A stretch of DNA of 64,000 bases, taken from an uncultured delta proteobacterium. Lineage in GTDB: Bacteria > Desulfobacterota > Desulfobacteria > Desulfobacterales > JAHEIW01. Position numbers and translations under genes: made by a program. Shown here piece by piece: positions 56,433 through 64,000 of this stretch (its first letter is position 1; each line of letters opens with the position of its first letter). Location of the stretch: positions 352,001-416,000 of the forward strand of contig CAVPNL010000015.1 of assembly GCA_963706575.1 (NCBI GenBank), read 5' to 3'. The notes beneath the pieces are model-generated. The model made no database searches, had not been told where the DNA came from, and was given only the letters and a program-made list of their open reading frames with translations.

Positions 56433-59353
56433 CTTTGCACCTCTGGCGGGATTTCATCTAGGTTGACCGTTTCAGCATGATGTTGTTGCAAGCGGCTGTC
56501 AAGATTGTTCAAAAAAAGATTTTGCTGGGCCCTGACGCTTTCCAGAAATGGCCGAATTTGAAATAGCATCAGTCGATTCTGGTAAAAACCAAACTCGATA
56601 TCCGCCGGCACCGGCTGGCCCTGAGCGTCCTGTAACTTGGGAAACCGCTCGGGTACCGTGCGGGCAAAATCCATCAAATGCCGGACCTCGGCCTCACTTA
56701 ACAGCGCCAGCGTTCCGCTGGCCGAAATTTTCGATACGCCGCCCCCGCTTAACAGCACCCGTTTATAAGGATCGGTCGCATGGGCCAGAAAACGGATGCC
56801 GCCGTTTTGCGTGTTGATCTTGAGTTCCTCTGCAGTTTGGCCCGAGACCGCTCCGCCAACGCCCTCATTTATTGCCACCGTCAGCCAGCCCGGCTTTCCG
56901 CTTTCAATATCTGCCGTAACTAAAACGCCGGACTTTTCCACCGGAACGCTTTTCATCAGCAGCACCGATGCGTAAACATGTTCCGGGGTTTCCATATAGG
57001 CCTGGCGCCATCGAAACGCGCGCTCGGAAAACGGCGAGGCCCATACCCGCTGAATGGCTGCCATGACGTTTTCAAAACCGACGACATGGGGCACGGTCAA
57101 ATTGAGACCGGCACCGGTAAATCCCGGCAAATCTTCCACGTTGGTGTCGCTGCGCACAAAGACGCCATACGTTCCATCCGGGCCGAAGGTATCCTGCATG
57201 GCTGCCCGCAGCTTGTTGCGAAATGCTTCACCTGGATCCGCCTGCACAATCCATTTGCGAATTTTCTCTAAAAAATTTTGAGTGATTTGATCCTGTCGTT
57301 GGGGATCGCCCTTAAGGAGCCGGATGATTTTGTATTGATCCTGCATCCAGCGAAAAGCCGTAATTCCGCCAGGTTCGATGGGCTGCTCGAGTAATTGCCG
57401 AAATAGTCCAAAGGGAATCACCAGGCCGTCGGCCACAGGTTCCGGAAAATAGTGTTTGAGTTCGCCCAAATTGGCGGCTTTGGGGCCGCAGATCCTTCCC
57501 GAATCCGCGCTACGCAGCATATCGAGGGAAAACAGGCGGCGGGTATCCAGATCCAGCTTTTTAAGGTCCGGCCGAATCAAAAGTGGTTTCGGGCCCTTAG
57601 CCGTATCAAAGATGGGATCCCACTGCGGGCCATCAGCTGCCAGCTGAACAATTCCGCGCGGACTGACGGCCATCACCACCTGCTGGTCTGCCATGGATTG
57701 AATCAAAGGCAACCATTTCTGATCGATGGCCACATTCGGAATACCCAGATTGCGGGCCAGCAGCTGAACATGGGATAAAATATTGCCTTCGCCGGTCGTC
57801 AGTATCCCGGCAACCGGCGGCAGATCTTCGGTGGTCGAGGGTAACACGTAAATGCCTTTTGAATCAAATTTAACCGGGGATTTACCGGATGACGATATTT
57901 TTAGCCTGCCGCGCGCCAGACCGGCATTTAAGCCTCTTAATCCCGAATCGGCCGGCTGCCCGAAAAGAAAGTTGCGGATTCCAAGCTGCCGATTGGCGTC
58001 GGCAATCAGGCTCTCGAGTACCGCCGCATAAGACAGCAGGAGGCTGCCGCGCAGGCGATCATGAATGTAACGGCGACTGAGCGGTTCAATGGTTTCAAAA
58101 TGCCTGACGGTTTCACCCAGGTAATATCGCAGTGTTCGGTCGGCCCATTCGGGCATGCGCGCGGTATACTCTAGTTCAGCCTTGTAATCCATGAGCAGCG
58201 GCTGATTCTGCATGAGCTGGCTTAGGTTTTGCTGCAGCGCCTGTTGCTGGCGTACGGAAATAAGCCCGATGCCGTAAAGACCATCGGCATATTTCATCAG
58301 CCACGAGAGCCTTTCACGGCGGGAGGCTTCCGCCAGTTGCCCGACCATGATATCGCCCATGCGAAACAACTCGCCTTCCAACAAAATACTGGCATCCAGC
58401 ACGGCCAGTTTCTGGGAAGCGTCGCCGGCATTGGCCAGACCATCGCGCAATATTGCCAGCAAGTGGCTGGCAGTTAAAAAGCGCGTTTTAGAATCGGTCT
58501 CGCTGGAAAGCTTGTCCGTATAGGGCTCAAGGTTTCCGGTCAGGGGGGTATTTTTGACCCTTTGGGTCAGCGCTGCAATCTCCTTTTGGATATCCTGGAC
58601 TTTGAACACCTGTTCGATGGTCTCGATGAGATGGGCATAGTCTTTGGCCAGTTCCGGCTTTCCCTGTCGGGCGGCATAATCTTGCACCTGTCGGGCATCA
58701 GCGAGCTCCGGATGGACGTGCAGCTTTATGCGAATCGTTTCAAAATCAGGATCGCTTTCCGCAATCGCGCGTGAAAGCTGCCGCATCTCGGTAATCGGTG
58801 CGCCCGGGCGGCCATGGGGAATAAACCGCACGGCTTCTCGCAGCACCATGAACTGATTTTCGGGCCAGTCCGGATCGGAAACCAGGGCCAGCAAAAGCTC
58901 GCGCCCTGCCCGGGTTTCGTCTTCAGTCTGCAGCGCGCCTCGATAATAGCGAGCACGACGGAAAATCCAACCATCATCAGCTTCAATCAGAAATTGCTCC
59001 AGAATCATTTGCTTGACGATATCCAGATACCGGGCGTCCTGCAGAAATTCCTGGGCGCGCACATCGGCAAAAACATTGGCGATAAAGTGTCCATTGTTCC
59101 GCAGGGTCCGAACCCGGTCCGTCCATTCACCATGCTGCACCCCGCCATCGTGATCGCGGCAGGCATATTCCTGCGGTAGCTGAATGGTGCCGTCATTGCA
59201 AAACCAGCGGATATGTTTGAATGGTCCCCGGGGGGACGTTTTCATGACCTGTACCCAGCTGCGCAGGGTTGCGGCATCGGGCGGGTCCGCCTGTGCAAGG
59301 ACAAGGCTGGGAACCAGTAAAAGGAAAGACAATATAAGTGCTAAGGGCTGCAT
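56429..59353 (-). CDS. Signal-peptide-bearing PEP-synthase/PPDK-like dikinase (phospho-His swivel plus nucleotide-binding domain)
   Basis: MQPLALILSFLLLVPSLVLA-QAD signal. TTGEGNILSHVQLLARNLGIP phospho-His motif. GPKAANLGEL, VRSDTNVEDLPGFTGAG and DIEF..LFQIRP. No pyruvate/PEP TIM barrel. Confidence 0.85.
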   Translation of the reverse strand: MQPLALILSFLLLVPSLVLAQADPPDAATLRSWVQVMKTSPRGPFKHIRWFCNDGTIQLPQEYACRDHDGGVQHGEWTDRVRTLRNNGHFIANVFADVRAQEFLQDARYLDIVKQMILEQFLIEADDGWIFRRARYYRGALQTEDETRAGRELLLALVSDPDWPENQFMVLREAVRFIPHGRPGAPITEMRQLSRAIAESDPDFETIRIKLHVHPELADARQVQDYAARQGKPELAKDYAHLIETIEQVFKVQDIQKEIAALTQRVKNTPLTGNLEPYTDKLSSETDSKTRFLTASHLLAILRDGLANAGDASQKLAVLDASILLEGELFRMGDIMVGQLAEASRRERLSWLMKYADGLYGIGLISVRQQQALQQNLSQLMQNQPLLMDYKAELEYTARMPEWADRTLRYYLGETVRHFETIEPLSRRYIHDRLRGSLLLSYAAVLESLIADANRQLGIRNFLFGQPADSGLRGLNAGLARGRLKISSSGKSPVKFDSKGIYVLPSTTEDLPPVAGILTTGEGNILSHVQLLARNLGIPNVAIDQKWLPLIQSMADQQVVMAVSPRGIVQLAADGPQWDPIFDTAKGPKPLLIRPDLKKLDLDTRRLFSLDMLRSADSGRICGPKAANLGELKHYFPEPVADGLVIPFGLFRQLLEQPIEPGGITAFRWMQDQYKIIRLLKGDPQRQDQITQNFLEKIRKWIVQADPGEAFRNKLRAAMQDTFGPDGTYGVFVRSDTNVEDLPGFTGAGLNLTVPHVVGFENVMAAIQRVWASPFSERAFRWRQAYMETPEHVYASVLLMKSVPVEKSGVLVTADIESGKPGWLTVAINEGVGGAVSGQTAEELKINTQNGGIRFLAHATDPYKRVLLSGGGVSKISASGTLALLSEAEVRHLMDFARTVPERFPKLQDAQGQPVPADIEFGFYQNRLMLFQIRPFLESVRAQQNLFLNNLDSRLQQHHAETVNLDEIPPEVQR

Positions 59354-59534
59354 AAATCTCAACGTTACCTTTGTCGAATCAAACAGAATCGGAAACAGAT
59401 TGTAGCTGTGCTTTCGGATGAAATTCTTCTCGCTAACCGACAGATATTCATATATAATAGTCATGATTTGCGATTTGGCTATATTCAGGACATGCTTTTA
59501 GGCTGTTGTCAACCCTCTAAAAAGGAGACCGCCG

Positions 59535-60380
59535 ATGGCAAAGAAAAAAATGATTCATGATTTTTTGCAAATGAAAAAGGAGGGCGACAAGATCACGTTT
59601 CTGACCGCCTATGACTACCCCACCGCCCAATTTGCCGAAGCGGCCGGATTGGATATGCTGCTGGTGGGTGACTCTTTGGGAATGTGTGTCTACGGATATT
59701 CCGGAACGGTACCGGTTGTGATGGACCAGTGTATTTATCATTGCGATGCGGTTCGCCGCGGCGCTCCCAACACCTTTATCGTCGGTGACATGCCCTTTAT
59801 GTCCTATCAAAGCGCTCTGGAAAAAGCGGTTGAAAATGCCGGTCGCTTCCTTAAAGAAGCCGGCTGTGACGCCGTTAAGCTCGAGGGCGGGGTCCGGGTG
59901 GTGCCCCAGATCAAGGCCATCGTGGAAGCCGGCATTCTGGTAATGGGCCATATCGGTTTAACGCCCCAGAGCTCGGGCCAGCTGGGCGGCCACAAGGCCC
60001 AGGGCCGCACCCTGGAAACCGCGCGCATCGTGATTGAAGATGCCCTGGCGGTTCAGGATGCCGGCGCCCAGATGATTTTGCTGGAGGCCATCCCGCCGGA
60101 GGTGGCGACCTATATCACCAAGGAATTAAGCATCCCGGTACTTTCCATCGGCGCGGGTCCGGATTGCGACGGCCAGCTGCTGATCGTTTCGGATATGATC
60201 GGCCAGTTTCAGGCCTTTACCCCGAAATTTGTCAAAAAATACTGTAACGTCGCAGAAGTGGTGACCAAGGCGATGAAAGAATATGTGGCTGAAGTCAGGG
60301 CCGGACAGTTCCCTGAAGATGATCATTGCTATCATATGATTACCGGCGAGAAAGAAAAGTTCGATGAGGAGTTTAAGTAG
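59535..60380 (+). CDS. panB: 3-methyl-2-oxobutanoate hydroxymethyltransferase
   Basis: TAYD, LVGDSLGM, DMPF, VKLEGG, MGHIGLTPQ, IGAG..CDGQ and PKFVK motifs. Confidence 0.97.
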   Translation: MAKKKMIHDFLQMKKEGDKITFLTAYDYPTAQFAEAAGLDMLLVGDSLGMCVYGYSGTVPVVMDQCIYHCDAVRRGAPNTFIVGDMPFMSYQSALEKAVENAGRFLKEAGCDAVKLEGGVRVVPQIKAIVEAGILVMGHIGLTPQSSGQLGGHKAQGRTLETARIVIEDALAVQDAGAQMILLEAIPPEVATYITKELSIPVLSIGAGPDCDGQLLIVSDMIGQFQAFTPKFVKKYCNVAEVVTKAMKEYVAEVRAGQFPEDDHCYHMITGEKEKFDEEFK

Positions 60381-60448
60381 TATTTCTTGCAAGGATTAGA
60401 GTGAAAACCGGTTTTTTCTTAAATTATTGCGGAGAACAAGTTTCAAAG

Positions 60449-60579
60449 AAGTGACTAAAGTGATCTAAAGTGGGAAGTGACTAAAGTTAAGGTATCGCTG
60501 CGCTCCCTCTTTTTTATAAAAATGATAGAATTCCTCAACTTTAGGCATTTTAGCTCACTTTAGTCACTTTAGCTCACTT
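60449..60579. repeat. Inverted repeat element (CTAAAGTGA units)
   Basis: AAGTGACTAAAGTGATCTAAAGTG..GTGACTAAAGTT ... AACTTTAGGCATTTTAGCTCACTTTAGTCACTTTAGCTCACTT. Confidence 0.8.
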
Positions 60580-60647
60580 GTTATTGAAACAGTAATAGCT
60601 TAGTAACCTGCAATAAAAATGAATTGAACAATGACGAGGAGTCAAGA

Positions 60648-61919
60648 ATGTCCGACCTAAGAAATCTGTTAAAAATATCGGATGATCGCCTGGCGGAAAT
60701 CAATGCATTGATGACGGATCCGGGCAACGAACTCATCAATGAATTGCTGGAAGTCATCGAATCATTCGGCGGGCCCCAGGAAATCAACCGCAAAGCGCAA
60801 GAAGCCGCTAGGCTTGAAAATTTGACGGCCCAGCTAAAAGCTGCCAAATCGTCCTATATAGACGATTTGAACTGGCTCATTGAACAAAGGGACAACGGGG
60901 CTTTCATTTCCATGCAAGACTATTACGAGCGTGTGCTGGGCGACAAAGGCAACACTGCTGAAATCGACCACAAGAATGAGGTGACGCTAGAAATCAGCGC
61001 CTTGCAGTATTTTCCCTGGCTCATCGCTGAAGCCCGGCGCAGCATTGATCAGCAAGAATTGATGCCCGGCCGTTATATCCGGGTGCGAAATATGGCGGAG
61101 CAGGAAACCGACAACGGCGATATCATGGCCACAGCAGCGGCAATGCAGATCATTGGCGCCAGTTGTGTCGAAACACTGGACACCAAGGGAACAGACGGTT
61201 CCAACATCCACCTGGGCGGCCCGGAAACCATCACGGGATATTTCGGCGGGGTGGGGCAGCCCAACGAATATCCCGTCAAATGGGTCAAAGAATATCTGAA
61301 ATTTTATACAACCTTTGGCATCCGACAGGTGCTCAACATCAACCCGGGAACGGTCCTGGTGGGATATTTGCTCCACAAACTGGGTGTGAACAACGAGTTT
61401 AAAATTTCTGTGTTCATGGGCAATGACAATCCGTTTTCGATCCTGTGGACTCTGACCACCGCCCGGCTTTTTTCGCGCGATGACGGCACCACCTCTTTAA
61501 TCGGATTTAACTTGTCCAATTCGGCCAACAATGAAACCATCCGCAAAGCCGCCGTCATCCGCAGGGCCCTGGGCCTGGAAAATGTCGTCCGGTTTGAACA
61601 TCACATTACCGAAACCTGGAAATCCATCGTTCGCCAGCCTTACAACCGCAGAGATGAGCTGGTCGAAATCGCCCGAGAAGTGTCCAACATTTCGGCCAAA
61701 CATGAGGGCGGTGAAGTGGACATCGAAAGTGAACTGGAACACCCGTCCGACATACTGGATTACTTTATGGCCAAAAGTGATGTGGAAAAACAGGGATTGA
61801 TGCCGGCCCTTGAGAAAAATTATATCGAAAAACACCGATCGACAAACCTGACAGCCGATGCTTTAACCAGAGCTGGCATCGGTGTGGTGTGCGCCGCCGA
61901 ACTTCATAAAGCATCTTGA
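60648..61919 (+). CDS. Uncharacterised soluble enzyme-like protein downstream of panB
   Basis: 423-aa ORF with GAGGAG RBS and motif-like LDTKGTDGSNIHLGGPETITGYFGGVGQP, EHHITE and SAKHEGG. No family recognised. Confidence 0.85.
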   Translation: MSDLRNLLKISDDRLAEINALMTDPGNELINELLEVIESFGGPQEINRKAQEAARLENLTAQLKAAKSSYIDDLNWLIEQRDNGAFISMQDYYERVLGDKGNTAEIDHKNEVTLEISALQYFPWLIAEARRSIDQQELMPGRYIRVRNMAEQETDNGDIMATAAAMQIIGASCVETLDTKGTDGSNIHLGGPETITGYFGGVGQPNEYPVKWVKEYLKFYTTFGIRQVLNINPGTVLVGYLLHKLGVNNEFKISVFMGNDNPFSILWTLTTARLFSRDDGTTSLIGFNLSNSANNETIRKAAVIRRALGLENVVRFEHHITETWKSIVRQPYNRRDELVEIAREVSNISAKHEGGEVDIESELEHPSDILDYFMAKSDVEKQGLMPALEKNYIEKHRSTNLTADALTRAGIGVVCAAELHKAS

Positions 61920-61943
61920 AAATATTAAACCGAATGGTTTGCA

Positions 61944-61978
61944 GGGTGGCAAGGATTAACCCTTGCCGCCCATTTTTT
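61944..61978 (+). terminator. Intrinsic terminator
   Basis: GGGTGGCAAGG / CCTTGCCGCCC stem followed by a T run. Confidence 0.8.
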
Positions 61979-62067
61979 ATTAAAAATTTTAGTTGCTCTT
62001 TTACGTATTTTCTAAAACGAATGAGAAATTATAAAGAACGACCTAAACTATTGCTCAAGATCAGATT

Positions 62068-62154
62068 CTACCACGAAGTTCACGAAGGACACGAAGCGTT
62101 GATTTATTAATTTATTTTGATTACCTTCGTGCATCTTGGTGTGCTTCGTGGTGA
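62068..62154. repeat. Inverted repeat element (CACGAAG units)
   Basis: ACCACGAAGTTCACGAAGGACACGAAG ... CTTCGTGCATCTTGGTGTGCTTCGTGGT. Confidence 0.8.
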
Positions 62155-62229
62155 ATAACCTACTTTGACAACAGGCAACCATGTCGAACTCGCTGGAATC
62201 CGGCATATAATCACTAAAGGACACCATTT

Positions 62230-62973
62230 ATGTCCACAACCGAAATTCTGTCCCTGCCCATCGTCGGGTTTCTGGCCTTCTTTTTAAAAGGCATTGCCGG
62301 CATCGGCGTCAGCACGGTGGCCGTGCCGATCTTATCATTGGTCATCGGGGCCAAACAGATCGTTGTTTTATCATCCATCGTCAATGTCATCGGCGGACTG
62401 GTGATGTACCGCATTGACCCCCAGCCGGCTCCCCGCCGCTACTGGTATCCCATTGCCGCTTTGATGATCGCCGGCGCAGTGATCGGCGGCGTCGCCCTTA
62501 AACTGACGCCGCTTAAAAGCTTTGAAAAAATGCTGGGATTCGCCATTCTGGCTGCTGGAATTTGGTTTATTATCTGGCGCGGCAAACGGAGTTCGCGTTC
62601 ATTTTTAGAAAAGATGCCGCCAAAAAGTGGTGTCAAAGACTGTCTGATCGGTTTTCTGGGTGGTTTATCAGGCGCATTTGTGGGAATCAATTCGCCGATT
62701 TTAATCCTTTACTTTGGAGGCTATCTGGCCAAAGGGCCCATGCGTCGACTGCTGGTTTTGATCCTGTTGCCGTCTGCGGTTATTCAGGTCGCAACATACA
62801 CCGCCCTGGATTTAATGAACCGGCAGATTATGCTTTATGCGTTGTTTGCCTTGCCCGGCCTGTTGTTGGGAATCTATTTGGGAAATCGTACCTTTTTTAG
62901 AATCTCGGAGAAAATTTTCGGCACCATTCTGGGCGGTGTTCTCATCGCGCTATCATGGGGTCTGATTCTTTAA
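62230..62973 (+). CDS. TauE/SafE sulfite exporter family membrane protein
   Basis: KGIAGIG..VP.L, GFLGGLSGAFVGINSP, G..LG..LG, about 8 TM. Confidence 0.85.
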   Translation: MSTTEILSLPIVGFLAFFLKGIAGIGVSTVAVPILSLVIGAKQIVVLSSIVNVIGGLVMYRIDPQPAPRRYWYPIAALMIAGAVIGGVALKLTPLKSFEKMLGFAILAAGIWFIIWRGKRSSRSFLEKMPPKSGVKDCLIGFLGGLSGAFVGINSPILILYFGGYLAKGPMRRLLVLILLPSAVIQVATYTALDLMNRQIMLYALFALPGLLLGIYLGNRTFFRISEKIFGTILGGVLIALSWGLIL

Positions 62974-63890
62974 AATTTTACCTGACCAAGGCCTTTCAGG
63001 TTCAATATTTCTCTGGCTTGATCCGGTGTTGCCGGTTCCAGACCGTGTTCCCTGCCGATTCGGATGATCTTTTCAACCTGCTCGGCGCTGCTTTTAGCCA
63101 TGATCCCTTTTTCAAGATAGAGATTATCCTCAAGGCCTACACGGGTATTGCCGCCCATCAGTAGTGCCAGATTGCACATTCGAAACTGCTCTTTACCCGC
63201 GGCGCAAACAGACCATTTGAAATCCCCGATGATTTCCCTGGCAGAATTATATAAAAAGACCAGATTGTTGACCGTGGCCTGCATCCCGCCTAAGATTCCC
63301 AGTACAAATTGAAGGTAAACCGGCTTTTTAACCAATCCGCGGCTGATCAGAAATTCCAGATTGGTCAACATGCCGCTGTCATAAATTTCGAATTCCGGTT
63401 TCGTGTTTTCTTTCGCAAAATATTGGCTGAACTCTTTCAGGGTCTTAAACGTATTGGGAAATATGTAATCTTCACTCATGGCCAGAAAGTGAGGCTCCCA
63501 CTCGTACTTGAAGTCCTTGATTTTTTCCAGAACGGGAAAGAGAGCAAAATTCAGCGATCCGGCATTCAGTGAAGCCAGCTCGGGACCATACGTTTTAACC
63601 ACCCTGACCCGCTCTTCGGCGCTCTGCCCCCTCCCGCCACCGGTGGTGGTACACACAACCACATTGCAGGCGCGTTTGATTTGCGAAAGAATTTCGCCAA
63701 ATAGATCAGAATCTGCAGAGGGCTGGCCGGTCTCGGGATCACGTACATGTATATGTACGATGGCCGCACCGGCGGCATGCGCCCCTATAGCATCTTTCAC
63801 AATTTCATCCGGAGTAATTGGCAGATGGGAGGACATGGTGGGTGTGTGAATCGACCCGGTAACGGCTGCTGTTATGATAAATTTACTCAT
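62970..63890 (-). CDS. 3-keto-5-aminohexanoate cleavage (BKACE) family protein
   Basis: IITAAVTG, GAAIVHIHVRD, TTGG, PELASLN.GS.N, KPEFEIYD and RVGLEDN motifs. Confidence 0.93.
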   Translation of the reverse strand: MSKFIITAAVTGSIHTPTMSSHLPITPDEIVKDAIGAHAAGAAIVHIHVRDPETGQPSADSDLFGEILSQIKRACNVVVCTTTGGGRGQSAEERVRVVKTYGPELASLNAGSLNFALFPVLEKIKDFKYEWEPHFLAMSEDYIFPNTFKTLKEFSQYFAKENTKPEFEIYDSGMLTNLEFLISRGLVKKPVYLQFVLGILGGMQATVNNLVFLYNSAREIIGDFKWSVCAAGKEQFRMCNLALLMGGNTRVGLEDNLYLEKGIMAKSSAEQVEKIIRIGREHGLEPATPDQAREILNLKGLGQVKF

Positions 63891-64000
63891 GTTCGGCTCC
63901 TAGATTTGAATTCGTTATGCAAAGGCTCGTGCCCATGCGAATGGAGATTGGACACTATTCGTCAATGATCGCTACCGGCCGCGCCCAACCCGCACTGGCT

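Noticed and set aside
946..63968. Numerous antisense or overlapping ORFs in the six-frame track (e.g. 21217-21795, 23595-24305, 53589-54140)
   Set aside because: Shadows of well-supported genes on the opposite strand or in another frame, with no motifs or RBS.

Overview
64 kb of bacterial chromosome, most likely from an anaerobic Desulfobacterota/Desulfobacterales-like organism. That placement is inferred from gene content and repeat style, not proven. It holds about 55 genes, mostly housekeeping or metabolic: paired moeA, uppP, dnaJ, queD, pyrE, rhlB, a tolC-ftsE-ftsX-envC-ctpA-yibQ-like cluster, a 2-oxoacid:ferredoxin oxidoreductase, glutaconyl-CoA decarboxylase alpha plus biotin carrier, panB, a BKACE enzyme and a frameshifted cstA with an ArsA ATPase. 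I found no rRNA, tRNA, CRISPR array or intact transposase. The best candidate for an undescribed system is 52953-59353. It encodes a signal-peptide-bearing dikinase (phospho-His swivel followed by an ATP-binding domain, the glucan-water-dikinase order), two exported class A beta-lactamase/PBP-like serine hydrolases and a TLC/NTT-type nucleotide transporter, together suggesting ATP-fuelled phosphorylation outside the cytoplasm. Other highlights: a candidate sigma54-driven ~77-nt sRNA complementary to an SD+AUG; a soluble fusion of the MotA cytoplasmic domain and FliG C-terminal domain; a candidate Na+ (DUF1646-type) riboswitch; a nested MITE/REP element with a 4-bp target duplication; many short-period inverted repeat elements; and two microproteins missed by the ORF track. 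All family calls come from motif recognition by eye, with no database search.
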